NCBI GenBank assembly: GCA_036785375.1
Contig: JAWMAR010000424.1
Location: 620,001-684,000 of the forward strand
DNA length: 64,000 nt
Direction: 5' to 3'
Source: Leucoraja ocellata
Taxonomy: Eukaryota
The position numbers were made by a program, and so were the translations under genes. The notes beneath the pieces are model-generated. The model saw only the letters and a list, made by a program, of their open reading frames with translations. It was not told the DNA's origin and made no database searches. The first letter of the stretch is position 1, and each line of letters starts with the position of its first letter. Shown in pieces: positions 36,095 to 50,400 of the stretch.

Positions 36095-39000
36095 AAGAAA
36101 GAGATTAGTTAAAACAAATGTAGGTCCCTTGCAGTCAGAAACAGGTGAGTTGATCATGGGGAACAAGGATATGGAGGACCAATTGAATAACTACTTTGTT
36201 TCTGTCTTCACTAAGGAAGACATAAATAATCTGCCGGAAATAGCAGGGGACCGCGGGTCAAAGGAGTTGGAGGAATTAGGTTAGTCGGGAAGTGGTGTTA
36301 GGTAAATTGAATGGATTAAAGGCCGATAAATCCCCGGGGCCAGATAGGCTGCATCCCAGAGTACTTAAGGAAGTAGCTCCAGAAATAGTGGATGCATTAG
36401 TAATAATCTTTCAAAACTCTTTAGATTCTGGAGTAGTTCCTGAGGATTGGCGGGTAGCAAACGTAAACCCACTTTTTAAAAAGGGAGGGAGAGAGAAAAT
36501 GGGGAATTACAGACCAGTTAGTCTAACATCGGTAGTGGGGAAACTGCTAGAGTCAGTTATTAAAGATGGGATAGCAGCACATTTGGAAAGTGGTGAAATC
36601 ATTGGACAAAGTCAGCATGGATTTACGAAAGGTAAATCATGTCTGACGAATCTTATAGAATTTTTCGAGGATGTAACTAGTAGCGTGGATAGGGGAGAAC
36701 CAGTGGATGTGGTGTATCTAATTTCCAGAAGGCTTTCGACAAGGTCCCACATAAGAGATTAGTACAGGTGCACAACCTTTTATCCGAAAGCCATGGGACC
36801 AGACACCTTTCGTAATTCAGAATTTGTCGGTCTTCGGAATGGAAATTTTTTTGCATAGATTTTAATGGCTGGCTCAGTGGTAGAGTGCTCGGCTCATATC
36901 CGCAAGGTCGCGAGTTTGCGCCTTGATCCCGGCAGAAGAAGTTGGAGCGGGGCTGGGCTGGGCTGCTGCTGGCTGTGGGTCTCTGGGATCTCTGTGCTTG
37001 CGGTGGGCCTGGTGGTCGACGTCCAATTGGTCCTGACGTCTCCGGTGATTGCACTGAACTGCAGCCATCGCCGTCGTGAAGACAGTACAAAGCCCCCACG
37101 CCGGTGCAATGAGCGGGGAGAGGGGAGGGAAGGGGTCACACACATGGCCGGGAAGCAGAGGGGTGTAGGTGGGGTGAAATTGAAGGGAGCGACAATCGTG
37201 TATCGTGTCTACCGTGGGAACTTTTTAACTCAGCGGGCAGGTAGCAGCAGATTGTCAATTATTAACCCTCCCGCGCAATATACTCTCACCTTCTCTTTTA
37301 TGAATGGGGATTTAGTTCCCCTTTCTTCGAGGACCGACCGGAGGTTCCGCTGTCACCTCTGCGGGCTGCCCTCGGTGAACGTCCTGTCTCCCTGTCCCTG
37401 GGATAGTAGGGGGCGATCAAACAGCACAATACCCCCCTCCCCCTCCAACTCCAGAGGAATCCGCTCCCCGATGGGCCGCTATGGCGACAAGTGGCAGTTC
37501 GCCCACAGCCCAAGCTGCGCGACCCCAAGAACAAGAAGTACCTTCCACACTATCAGCTTCTGCCCATACACTGCGTGTTCCTCTGGAGTTGGAACGGGGC
37601 TGGGCTGGAGTTGCTGATCTGGGATCTCCGTGCTTGCAGTGGGCCTGGGGGTCGGTGTCCCGATGAGAGGGCGCAGCTCGGGCTGTGGGCGAACTGCCAC
37701 TTGTCGCCGTAGCGGCCCATCGGGGAGTGGCTTCTGGTGGTCCTGACGTCTCCGGCCAGTTTGCAGTTTTCCTCTGGAGTTGGAACGGGGCTGGGCTGCT
37801 GCTGGCTGTGGGTCTCTGGGTTCTCTGTGGTTGCAGTGGGCCTGGGGGTCAGTGTCCCATTGGTCCTGACGTCTCCGGTGACTGCACTGCGCTGCTAGAA
37901 TCGCCGACGTGAAGACAGTGCAAAGCCCCCGCGCCGGTGCAATGAGCGGGGAGCTGGAGAGGGGAGGGAAGGGGTCACACACATGGCCGGGAAGCAGAGG
38001 GGTGTAGGTGGGGTGAAACTGAAGGGAGCGACAATTTGCTGCTGCCTGCACGCTGAGTTAAAATGTTCCCACGCAAGACTCACGATACACTGTGTATCGT
38101 GTCTACCGTGGGAACTTTTTAACTCAGCGGGCAGGTAGCAGCATATTGTCAATTATTAACCCTCCCGCGCAATATACCCTCACCTCTTTTATGAATGGGG
38201 ATTTAGTTCCCCTTTCTTCGAGGACCGACTGGAGGTTCCGCTGTCACCTCTGCGGGTCGCCCTCGGTGAACGTTTTCAAGGACCTTTCTTCAAGGACCGA
38301 AAAAATGTCGCTATTCGGAGGTTTTCGTTATTTGGATCGTCGGATAAAAGGTTGTGCACCTGTATACAAACTTAAAGCACAAGGCATTGGGGGTTCAGTA
38401 TTGATGTGGATAGAGAACTGGCTGGCAAACAGTAAGCAAAGAGTAGGAGTAAACGGGTCCTTTTCACAATGGCGGGCAGTGACTAGTGGGGTACTGCAAG
38501 GCTCAGTGCTGGGACCCCAGCTAGTTACAATATATATTAATGATCTGGATGAGGGAATTGAATGCAATATCTCCCAGTTTGCGGATGACACTAAGCTGGG
38601 GGGCAGTGTTAGCTGTGAGGAGGATGCTAGGAGACTGCAAGGTGACTTGGATAGGCTGGGTGAGTGGGCAAATGTTTGGCAGATGCAGTATAATGTGGAT
38701 AAATGTGAGGTTATCCATTTTGGTGGCAAAAACAGGAAAGCTGACTTTTATCTAAATGGTGGCCGATTAGGAAAAGGGGAGATGCAGCGAGACCTGGGTG
38801 TCATGGTACACCAGTCATTGAAAGTAGGCATGCAGGTGCAGCAGGCAGTGAAGAAAGCGTATGGTATGTTAGCTTTCATAGCAAAAGGATTTGAGTATAG
38901 GAGCAGGGAGGTTCTACTGCAGTTGTACAGGGTCTTGGTGAAACCACATCTGGAGTATTGCGTACAGTTTTGGTCTCCAAATCTGAGGAAGGACATTATT

Positions 39001-39510
39001 GCCATAGAGGGAGTGCAGAGAATGTTCACCAGACTGATTCCTGGGATGTCAGGACTGTCTTATGAGGAAAGACTGGATAGACTTGGTTTATACTCTCTAG
39101 AATTTAGGAGATTGAGAGGGGATCTTATAGAAACTTACAAAATTCTTAAGGGGTTGGACAGGCTAGATGCAGGAAGATTGTTCCCGATGTTGGGGAAGTC
39201 CAGGACAAGGGGTCACAGCTTAAGGATAAGGGGGAAATCCTTTAAAACCGAGATGAGAAAAACTTTTTTCACACAGATAGTGGTAAATCTCTGGAACTCT
39301 GCCACAGAGGGTAGATGAGGCCAGTTCATTGGATATATTTGAGGGATTTAGATGTGGCCCTTGTGGCTAAAGGGATCAGAGGGTATGGAGAGAAGGCAGG
39401 TACAGGATACTGAGTTGGATGATCAGCCATGATCATATTGAATGGTGGTGCAGGCTCGAAGGGCCGAATGGCCTACTCCTGCACCTAATTTCTATGTTTC
39501 TATGTTTCTA
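36095..39510 (+). mobile_element. Young CR1 ORF2 (RT), split by a Tc1/mariner-type insertion
   Basis: ORF 36292-36762 and the 3' part of ORF 38092-39318 give RT motifs (SGVLQGSVLGP, FADD). Tail (ttctatgt)n. Confidence 0.92.
36765..38362. mobile_element. Non-autonomous pogo/Tigger-like (Tc1/mariner) element with an internal duplication
   Basis: TIR CAGGTGCACAACCTTTTATCCGA at both ends, TA TSD (36763-64 and 38363-64). An internal block of about 430 bp is duplicated (about 36950-37385 vs 37785-38272). Confidence 0.88.
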
Positions 39511-39514
39511 TATA

Positions 39515-40950
39515 ATAACCATATAACCATATAACAATTACAGCACGGAAACAGGCCATCTCGACCCTTCTAGTCCATGCCGAACACATAATCTCCCCTA
39601 GTCCCATATACCTGCGCTCAGACCATAACCCTCCATTCCCTTCCCATCCATATAACTATCCAATTTATTTTTAAATGATAAAAACGAAACTGCCTCCACC
39701 ACCTTCACTGGAAGCTCATTCCACACAGCTACCACTCTCTGAGTAAAGAAGTTCCCCCTCATGTTACCCCTAAACTTCAGTCCCTTAATTCTCAAGTCAT
39801 GTCCCCTTGTTTGAATCTTCCCTACTCTCAGTGGGAAAAGCTTTTCCACTTCAACTCTGTCTATCCCTCTCATCATTTTAAAAACCTCTATCAAGTCCCC
39901 CCTTAGCCTTCTGCGCTCCAAAGAATAAAGCCCTAACTTGTTCAACCTTTCTCTGTAACTTAGTTGCTGAAACCCAGGCAACATTCTAGTAAATCTCCTC
40001 TGTACTCTCTATTTTGTTGACATCATTCCTATAATTAGGCGACCAAAATTGTACACCATACTCCAGAATTGGCCTCGCCAATGCCTTGTACAATTTTAAC
40101 ATTACATCCCAACTTCTATACTCAATGCTCTGATTTATAAAGGCCAGCACACCAAAAGCTTTCTTTACCACCCTATCTACATGAGATTCCACTTTCAGGG
40201 AACTGTGCAGTTATTCCCAGATCCCTCTGTTCATCTACATTCTTCAATTCCCTACCATTTACCATGTACATCCTATTTTGATTTGTCCTGCCAAGATGTA
40301 GCACCTCACACTTATCAGCATTAAACTCCATCTGCCATCTTTCAGCCCACTCTTCCAACTGGCATAAATCTCTCTGTAGACTTTGAAACTCTACTTCATT
40401 ACCCACAACCCCACCTATCTTAGTATCATCTGCATACTTACTAATCCAATTTACCACACCATCATCCAGATCATTGATGCACATGACAAACAACAGTGGA
40501 CCCAACACAGATCCCTGTGGCACCCCACTCGTCACTGGCCTCCAACCTGACAAACAACCATCCACCATTACTCTCTGGCATCTCCCATTCAGCCACTGTT
40601 GAATCCATCTTGCTACTCCACCATTAATACCCAACCATTGAACCTTCTTAACCAACCTTCCATGAGGAACCTTGTCAAAGGCCTTACTGAAGTCCATATG
40701 TACAACATCCACTGCTTTACCCTCATCAATTTCCCGAGTAACATCTTCAAAAAATTCAAGAAGATTAGTCAAACATGACCTTCCAGGCACAAATCCATGG
40801 TGATTGTTCCTAATCAGACCCTGTTTATCCAGATGCTTATATATATTATCTCTAAGTATTCTTTCCATTAATTTGCCCACCACTGACGTCAAACTAACAG
40901 GTCTATAATTGCTAGGTTTACTCTTAGATTGCTAGGTTTACTCTTATCTA
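39515..40950 (-). mobile_element. CR1 LINE (second subfamily), tail-to-tail with the preceding copy
   Basis: ORFs 40173-40892, 39986-40192 and 39598-39984 carry [19 protein letters not shown] and YADD. Tail (ggttatat)n. Confidence 0.92.
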
Positions 40951-41269
40951 GGCTTGCCCCTCTCATCTAGGCTTTCTAGTCTTTGACATTTTCACCCAGG
41001 GGTAAAAGGTTACCCTTTCCCTTTAGCCGCAAGGGCCACATCTAACCCTCTTAAATATAGCCAATGAACTGGCCTCAACTACCTTCTGTGGCAGAGAATT
41101 CCACAGATTCACCACTCTCTGTGTGAAAAATGTTTTTCTCATCTCGGTCCTAAAAGATTTCCCCCCGATCCTGTGATCCATTTGTTCTGGACTTCCCCAA
41201 CATCGGGAACAACCTTCTTGCACCTAGCCTGTCCAACCCCTTAAGAATTTTGTACGTTTCTATGCAATA

Positions 41270-43280
41270 GTGGTTTAAAACTGTATAAAGTACCTGTAAG
41301 GCATTCGATGTGCTGACTGGCGATAGATACGGATAAGAAAAGTGTTGACATCAAATGGGGCCTGAGCGATCCATAGTACAAACTATAGTCGACTGTAATA
41401 AAGTGTAATTGGGAAAATGATAGAGAAAGATTATTATCTGAGAAAAAGCATGGTGGCAGGGACAAGAAAAGGGTGAATATTAAAATGGAGTAATTATATT
41501 CACAGCCATGGCAACGAACCGACATCAAAAGGTAAATATAACAGCATATAATTGACTAGGATGTGACTGAATGAATCCGCTCTATGTGAAATATATGTGT
41601 AGTACCTCTTGTGTTTTAAGAGGTAGTGTCCCATTAAGAAGTTGTGTGAGGGGACCTCTCAAACCCATTCATCTTTTATGCTTTGGACACTTGTTAGAAG
41701 CTTTCAATGTGGAAATTAACTGTTTATTCTTTGTTTTATTACAAAGGTTTGAATGAAGGAGATGTGCAAAGATGCTCCTAATTCTTTCATTTTTAATTGA
41801 TTTCAGAAACTGGCCACGTGGAATCCAGGTTAAAGTGTTTGAAATGTGAGTTACGGATATGAATATTACGGATATGAGATGCCAACATTTCAGAAAGAAA
41901 TCAGTATTTGGGGAAATTGTGATTAGTATACATTTGGACTATGTATTTGAAATTGTCATTTTGGAAGATAGATTAGACAATAGACAATAGACAATAGGTG
42001 CAGGAGTAGGCCATTCGGCCCTTCAATTTACCCAATATCCCCTGACTCCGCTATCTTCAAGAACCCTATCTAGCTCTCTCTTGAAAGTATCCAGAGAACC
42101 TGCCTCCACCGCCCACTGTGGCAGAGAATTCCACAGACTCACAGCTCTCGTTTTTCTGTGTGAAAATGTGTTTCCTCATCTCCGTTCTAAATGGCTTACC
42201 CCTTATTCTTAAACTGTTGCCCCTGGTTTTGGACTCCCCCAACATCGGGAACATGTTTCCTGCCTCTAGCGTGTCCAAACCCTTAATAATCTTATATTTC
42301 AATAAGATTCCCTCTCATCGTTCCAGAATATACAAGCCCAGCTGCTTCACTCTCTCAGCATATGACAGTCCCACCATCCCGGGAATTAACCTACGCTGCA
42401 CTCCCTCAATAGTAAGAATGTCCTTCCTCAAATTTGGACCCCAAAACTGCCACAATATTCCAGGTGTGGTCTCACTAGGGCCCCGTACAGCTGCAGAAGG
42501 CCCTGTTTGCTCCTATACTCAACTCTTCTTGTTATGAATGCCAACATGCCATTTGCTCTCTTTGATTGGAACAATTGGGGAACAATTTTCAACATTGCTT
42601 TTCTTACTAATAATGTACTTCTGCATTTTAAAAATATTGCTCAAGAGTTACAGATTGCTGATTTTGAGTTTATAAATTATTTTGTAAATGCTTGTATTGA
42701 TGCAAGTGCTGGAAGTTCAGAAAGTGTCTGGTAAAATGCAAATGAGGGTCCATGCAGTGCTCTGCTGGTCAATTATACCAGACCCTGTCTTACAGGAAGG
42801 AGATTTAAGGAAAATCCCGAGGGAAGGCAAACGGTTGAGAGAGGGAAAGTAGATTGCGTGGGAGAAATAAATTTGGGCATTTGCAAAAATCAAGCAACCC
42901 CTGACCTCCTCCCCAGCATTGGGACTACAAGATTTAACTGAACCCTTCGATCTGCATTGTGATAATGGAAGAGGACACTGCACAGCTAAACATGAGGATA
43001 GAATGAGGCCAGTAGCATAGTATCCAAGATGTGCTCAAGCACTTGACTGTGCAACATGGACAGTTGAAATCTTAGAGCACATTACTTTGATGGCAAATAT
43101 AATTTTACATTCACCTCATAGTGTGGTGCAACTTTTAGAGGCAGGGAAGTTAAAGAGAGTATCAGATAATCAACAAGTGAAATGGGAAAGCATATTATTA
43201 CCAGCGGATAAGCATGTACTGATTGATAGTCAAAGACAATGTGGTGAATCCGGCCACAATGATGGTGAAGGACTATTTCC
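41270..43280 (+). pseudogene. Old class I ERV relic; pol RT-connection region recognisable at about 42874-43270, interrupted by an antisense CR1 (about 41975-42560)
   Basis: WAFAKIKQPLTSSPALGLQDLTEPFDLHC...RPVA*YPRCAQAL...IILHSPHSVVQLL...KWESILL...VVNPATMM. The upstream extent is uncertain. Confidence 0.65.
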
Positions 43281-43340
43281 CCCCCCTCCACCCCCACACA
43301 GATAAGGAAGCCTGTTTCACAACAGAATGCATCAGCCTTA

Positions 43341-43519
43341 AGGGCCTGTCCCACTTGGCGATTTTCCAGCGGCGACAAAAAAAATGTTGCGACACTTGAG
43401 GAAACACCGTGCGTCAATACGACGTCACGCGGCATCACGCCGCATCTTTTTCGGTGACCTGACATGTCAGTCAATGATGCTGGCATGCGCTGAAAAAATT
43501 GCCAAGTGGGACAGTCCCT
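43341..43519. mobile_element. PIF/Harbinger MITE
   Basis: TIRs AGGGCCTGTCCCACTTGGCGATTTT and AAAATTGCCAAGTGGGACAGTCCCT, with a 3-bp TTA TSD. Confidence 0.82.
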
Positions 43520-44472
43520 TTAACTACTTTAACTACATTCTATCTTGACCATTTTCCCATCATGCTCCCCAGTATGGAAATTCCTGGGTTAACCAAACTA
43601 TAACCTACTCATCTTCCTTACAATACTCAACATTTCCTACATCACATTTTCATTTCAAAAGTGCAGACACTTCTGCTTTTCACAATAGTCTGACGTAATG
43701 AAGGGCAGGGGAATTTGCTTCCTCTGCTGGCATGTATTGATGACTAACGTGAGTTTAGTCAAAACTGCATAACTTAACAATTCTATTTTAACCAACACTG
43801 AGGTTTAAAGCAAGACATTTTGAATTGAGCAAGATGCCCCATCTAAGTACAGTCAACGCATTTTATAAAGCAGTGTCTAAATCAAAAGGCGTGCAAATAA
43901 CACGTATACTGTATGCCAGGCCGATTAGGAAAAGGGGTGATGCACCGAGACCTGGGTGTCATGATACACCAGTCATTGAAAGTAGGCATGCAGGTGCAGC
44001 AGGCAGTGAAGAAAGCTAATGGTATGTTAGCATTCATAGCAAAATGATTTGAGTATAAGAGCAGGGAGGTTCTACTGCAGTTGTACAGGGTCTTTGTGAG
44101 ACCACACTTGGAGTATTGCGTACAGTTTTGGTCTCCTAATCTGAGGAAAGACATTCTTGCCATAGAGGGAGTACTGAGGAGGTTCACCAGACTAATTCCT
44201 GGGATGTCAGGACTTTCATATTGAGAAAGACTGGATAGACTCGGCTTGTACTCGCTAGAATTTAGAAGATTGAGGGGGATTTTATAGAAACTTACAAAAT
44301 TCTTAAGGGGTTGGACAGGCTAGATGCAGGAAGATTGTTCCCGATGTTGGGGAAGTCCCGGACAAAGGGTCACAGTTTAAGGCTAAAGGGGAAATCTTTT
44401 AGGACCGAGATGAGTGGTGAATCTCTGGAATTCTCTGCCACAGAATGTAGTTGAGGCCAGTTCATTGGCTCG

Positions 44473-47462
44473 TTGTAATGTTATGACTCTGGCTGAGTTT
44501 GTCAGGGTCAAGAACATTAAAACTGTTGAAACACGAAGGCTTTGTTAATTCCCTTTTGGGGAGGAGAGGTTCGGCCAGTTGGCAGGGTTGACTTGCAGTG
44601 CCACCTAGCGACACGTGTGCACAAGCTGAACTTTCTTATTGTCCCTGGCAAAGTAACAACTCCACTTGGTATTGATGTCTGCCGGGATCTGAGTGATAAG
44701 CTTTGCAGAAGAGGTGCATCAACTTTCCCCTGCCTAAGATTCCACTGAACAAATTCTAGCTCAGTATAAGGTACATTTTGACAACAAGCTTGGAAAGATG
44801 CCACTCAAATACTCAATTGTAACCAACCCTGACATAATGCCTGGTAGACTAAAATGCTGGAGAAACTCAGCGGGTGAGGCAGCATCTATGGAGCGAAGGA
44901 AATAGGCCAATTTAAAGGAAGTACTGGATCGGGTGAAGGACATCGACCTTAAACTTAACCCCCGAAAATGCAGGTTTCGTGTCAGAGAAGTAAAGTACAT
45001 AGGACACGTTTTTGCTAGTGATGGACCCAAACTAGATCCTTCCAAGACCAGTTCCCAAGGATGTAACCAGCTTACAAAGATTCCTTGGCATGGTGAATTG
45101 CCTGGGTAAGTTCATTCTGAACTTCAGCGAACTGTCAGCACCACTGCGGCAGCTGACACACAGAGACGTAAGCTGGTCCTGGTACACATTTGTCTAAAAC
45201 AGCAGTTATCCTGTGCCCTGACTCTGGCTTACTTTGATGTAAAACTGCTGGTAATGCGATGCCTCCCAGTACGGACTGGGTGCTGCCTGTCATCAGAGTG
45301 ACAGTGACAACAAACCTGTGGCATATGCCTCTAGCACGATGTCTGACACCGAGCAATGCTATGCTCAAATCGAAAAGGAACTACTGCCATGGACTTTGCC
45401 AACATAAAATTCAAAGACTTTATTTTTGGAAAGACTGTAGCTGTTGAAACAGACCACCGGTCCCTAATCAGCATTCTAAACAAGCCGATCCATGCTGTAG
45501 ATTGGTTTATGCATGCAACCAATCATATATAGGTTAGCATCACTAACCCCGCCTTACTGTATCATTTATATTCACACCCACTTCCTATGCTACGCAGTGA
45601 CAACTAACATGCTACTGTGCTGTTAAGTCTGTATGTAGATTAAAGATGATCTTAAATTACATGCCGTGTATATGTCTGTCTTATCTACACATGCTGCTCC
45701 CGCTCATCTGCAGCGGATGATGATGCAGCTTCAAAGGTACGATATCAACCTGGTTTACACGGCAGGCAAAGCCATACACCTAGCCGACACACTATCCAGA
45801 GCCCCATGCAAGACCAGCGAGCAACAAATAGTCAACGACACGTACATTGTGATGATGGTGTTGTACCTTCCCACAGAGTGCCTGGACAACTTGGCTGCCC
45901 AGACAGCAGCCGATGACACCCTACAGTCCCTGTCCTCGACTATCCGGCATGGCTGGCTGGATAAACAGCACAAGGTACCTGTTGCCATTCACCCGTTCTT
46001 CCCGGTCGGTGACGAGCTAGTGCTCCAGGACGGTGTGATTGTCAAAGGACACAAGGCGGTCATTCCAACTGCTGTACGAGACAAGTATTTCGACTTGGAG
46101 CACATGGGACATCCCGGGATCGCGGCAACCATCCCTTCGAGCCAAGAGCATGTTTATCTGGCCCGGAATGACCGAGTTTATACGAAAGAAAGTGGAAGCC
46201 TGCGTGATCTGCAATAGCCCGGCACCCCATCAACCTAAGTAGCCGCTTCTCACTCACCCAGTCCCTGCGCTACCATGGTCCATACTGGCACCAGACATTT
46301 TCGAATGGCATGATAAACAATACCTGGTTCTAGTTGACTCGTACTCGGGCTGGTTTGGGATTGACTTGCTTCCCAGCCCCACTGCAGCAGTGGTGGTTCA
46401 CAAACTAGCGCGACACTTTTCAAGTCATGGGGCGCCCGCAAAACTCCTGTCGGACAACGGTAGCCAGTTCACCAGCCAGTGCTTCAAGAATTTTGCCCAA
46501 CGATGGGACTTTCATCACATTACCAGCAGTCCCGAATACCCTCGATCCAACAGGCTGGCCGAGAGGGCAGTCTGGAGTGCCAAGCAGCTGCCAGCATCTG
46601 CAGTTCCTTCTTGAACACAGCTGATGGAAAGATCTCATTTTGTAAAGTCCGGTGTTTACCTGGACTCGCTCAACTTGATAAACATTGCCCGGGTCAAGTA
46701 GGTCACTCGAGCCGCTGGCAAGGGGTCAAGTTGTAAGGCTTCAAACAGACAAGGGTTACGGATGCCTTGGTACAATCCACAGCCCGGCACCAGAACCACG
46801 CTAGTACATGGTCGACTATGATGGGGGGACTTACCGGCGAAACCATCAACACCTGTAGCAGTGAAGGAACCGCAACCTGTAATCCCGCATCCAGATGTTC
46901 CTGCACTGTGTCACTGTGTGACTAATACTCTCCCACCCCTCACTCCGTAGTCTGCGCCCAGCACGTATCCTGCCTTCTCGCCACCGCCATTGGTGTCCCA
47001 CTCTCCCGTCTCCCCATACCCGTCTTACGGGTGCTCCACCAGCACCCGGTCTCGCAATTCTCGCCAGTGAAGGATGGAGATGCGAGCCTGTATCGTACAT
47101 GCACGGGTCGCATTTGCAAACCACCCCTTAGATATGGGGACTGTGCTTAACCTGCTCCAGTACTGATTTTATCAGACGCCAGTTAAACCTGATTTATTGT
47201 ATTCACAGATATGTATTCGTAGTCATGTTATTTTCTCAAGATGTAGATCTGCTCTACCTAATACTAACACATATGTTATACAACACTCGGATCCAGAATC
47301 CAGTCCGGGTCTCACCTTACAATCACCATATGTTACTAACGTTTTCAGCCACTAGTCATTAATCGGGATGTAGTTACGGTGGTGACTACTTTCAGTGTAA
47401 CTTTACTGTATGCTAATAAACTTGTTGAACCGTTACTTGGTGTGTTCTTTATTAGTTCTACA
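44473..47462 (+). mobile_element. Decayed Gypsy/Ty3 LTR retrotransposon (protease, partial RT, RNase H, integrase, probable 3' LTR 47242-47462)
   Basis: LQRMMMQLQRYDINLVY..GK...ADTLSRA, HMGHPGI...CVICN and LLSDNGSQFTS..F...HITSSPEYPRSN.LAERAV. The terminal segment runs TGTAGA...TCTACA and contains AATAAA. Confidence 0.88.
45496..45689 (+). mobile_element. 194-bp solo LTR inserted in the Gypsy pol
   Basis: TGTAGAT...ATCTACA with a 5-bp TSD CATGC. Removing it restores NKPIHAAPAHLQRM. Confidence 0.85.
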
Positions 47463-47486
47463 ACTAATTTCCATCCTGCACTCAAA

Positions 47487-50400
47487 GCAATGGCAGGAAT
47501 TTCTGGGCATAATCCGGAAGACGCAGGATAATTTCATTCCAAAAAGGAAGAAAGATTCTAAGGGGAGTAGGAGGCAACCGTGGCTGACAAGAGAAGTTAG
47601 GGATAGAATAAAACAAAAAGAAAAGATGTATAACACAGCAAAGAGTAGCCGGAAGCCAGAGGATTGGGAAACTTTCATAGGACAACAGAAGAAAACAAAA
47701 CGGGCAATACAGGCTGAAAAGATGAAGTACGAGGGGAAGCTGGCCAGGAATATAAAGAAGGACAGCAAAAGCTTCTTTAGATATGTTAAGGGAAAAAGAG
47801 TAGCAAAGTCAAATGTGGGTCCCTTGAAGGCAGACACAGGTGAAATTATTATGGGCAACAAGGAAATGGCAGAAGAGTTGAATAGGTACTTCGGATCTGT
47901 CTTCACTAAGGAAGACACAAACAATCTCGCAAATGTACTGGAGGACAGAGGATCTAAGGGGGTAGAGGAACTGAAAGAAATTGTCATTAGGCGAGAAATA
48001 GTATTTGGTAAGCTAATGGGACTGAAGGATGATAAATCCCCTGGGCCTGATGGTCTGCATCCCAAGGTCTTCAGGGAGGTGGCTCTAGAAATAGTGGATG
48101 CATTGGTAATCATTTTCCAATGTTCAATAGATTCAGGATCAGTTCCTGTGGATTGGAGGATAGCTAATGTTATCCCACTATTCAAGAAAGGAGCGAGAGA
48201 GAAAATGGGGAATTACAGACCAGTTAGCCTGACTTCGGTGGTGGGAAAGTTGCTGGAGTCAATTTTTAAAGAGGTAATAATGGGGCATTTGGATAGCAGT
48301 AAAAGGATTAGTCCAAGTCAACGGATTTATGAAAGGCTTGACTAATCTTCTGGAATTTTTTGAGGATGTGACAAGTAAAATGTGACATCCAGTTCTTCTG
48401 GATGAAGGGGAGCCAGTGGATGTAGTGTATCTAGACTTTCAGAAAGCCTTTGATAAGGTCCCGCATGGGAGACTGGTGATTAAAATTAGAGCACATGGTA
48501 GGGTGTTGACATGGAAGTGGTGGAGGCAGGTTCGTTGGTATAATTTAAAAATAAATTGGATAGGCATATGGATGAGAAGGGAATGGAGGGTTATGGTATG
48601 AGTGCAGGCAGGTGGGACTAAGGGAAAAAAGTTGTTCGGCACGGACTTGTAGGGCTGAGATGGCCTGTTTCCGTGCTGTAATTGTTATATGGTTATATGG
48701 TTATTATATGGATAGAAATTCGTGGGCAGAGCGGAAGCAAAGAGTAGGACTGAACGGGTCCTTTTCAGAATAGCAGGCAGTGGCGAGTGGAGTGCCGCAA
48801 GGCTCGGTGTTGGGGCCGCAACTGTTTACCATATATATTAATGATTTGGAAGAGGGAATTAGGAGCAACACTAGCAAGTTTGCGGTTGACACAAAGCTAG
48901 GTAGCAGTGTGAACTGTGAAGAGAATGTTAGGAGGTTGCAGGGTGACCTGGACAGGTTGAATGAGTGGGCAGATGCGTGGCAGATGCAGTATAATATAGA
49001 TAAATGTGAGGTTATCCATTCACCATCAATAGCAGTGCAGTGGAGTCTGTGAAAAGCACCAAGTTCCTGGGAGTGCACATCACAGATGAGCAGACATGGT
49101 CTACCAACACCATCTCCCTAGTCAAGAAAGCACAGCAACGCCTCCACTTCCTTCGACGGATGAGGAGAGCCGACCTCCCCCCTTCTGCCCTCACCACTTT
49201 TTACAGGGGTGCCATTGAGAGCATTCTTACCAGCAGTCTCTCAGTCTGGTATGGCAGTTGCTCTGCTGCTGACCAGAAGGCACTACAGAGAGTGGTGAGG
49301 ACAGCGGAGAAGATCACCAGATCACCCCAACCAGCAATCCAGGACCTATACCCATCTCACTGTCGCAAGAGAGCAACCAATATCATCAAAGACACCACCC
49401 ACCCAGCACACAAACTGTTCACCCTCCTACCATCCGGCAAGCGCTACCGCAGCATGCGGAGCAAAACCACCAGATTCAAAAACAGTTTTTTGCCTCAGGC
49501 CATCAGACTACTCAACACACTCAAGAAAATTCCATGAACATTACACAAACAAAGACCAACTGACTGTCAAAATAACTTTAACTCAATGTCTGCAGTATGC
49601 TATTTGCACTTTTCTATATTGCACCTTTATTATTGCACCTTAATAACATACCTTAAAATTTTACTACACTCTGGCACACTGTGAATATTTTATATAATGT
49701 ATATGTCCATTGTCTATCTTTATTGGTATATAGTCTGTCTGTGTTATAAATATTACTTGCACATTTGGAGTATGGGGAAACGCAATTTCAATCCTCTGTG
49801 TAACTACTTGTTGCATTATTTGAATTGACAATAAAGTTTACTTTGACTTTGACTTTGAGTTTGGCTGCAAAAACAAGGGAGCAGATTATTATCTCAATGG
49901 GGTTAGGTTAGGTAAGGGGGAGGTGAAGCGAGACCTGAGCGTCCTTGTACACCGGTCACTGAAAGTTGGCTTACAGGTACAGCAGGCAGTGAAGAAAGCT
50001 AATGGAATATTAGTCTTCATAACAAGAGGATTTCAGTATAGGAGTAAAGAGGTTCTTCTGCAGTTGGATAGGGCTCTGGTGAGACCACATCTGGAGTATT
50101 GTGTACAGTTTTGGTCTCCTAATTTGAGGAAGGACATCCTTGTGATTGAGGCAGCACAGCGTAGGTTCACAAGATTGATCCCGGGGATGGCGGGACTGTA
50201 ATATAAGGAAAGATTGAAAAGACTAGACTTGTATTCACTGGAGTTTTGAGGGATGAGGGGGATCTTATAGAAACATATAAAATTATAAAAGGACTGGACA
50301 AGCTAGATGCAGGAAAAATGTTCATAATGTTGGGTGAGTCCAGAACCAGGGGCCACAGTCTTAGAATAAAGGGGGGGGGGGGGGTCATTTAAGACTGAGG

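Noticed and set aside
38092-39318. 408-aa ORF as a novel fusion gene
   Set aside because: It is a chance read-through from a non-coding Tc1/mariner-type insert into CR1 RT. The upstream CR1 half is frameshifted.
47487-47950. Inverted near-identity with about 120-610 as a segmental inversion boundary
   Set aside because: It is explained by two independent copies of an abundant young CR1 family.
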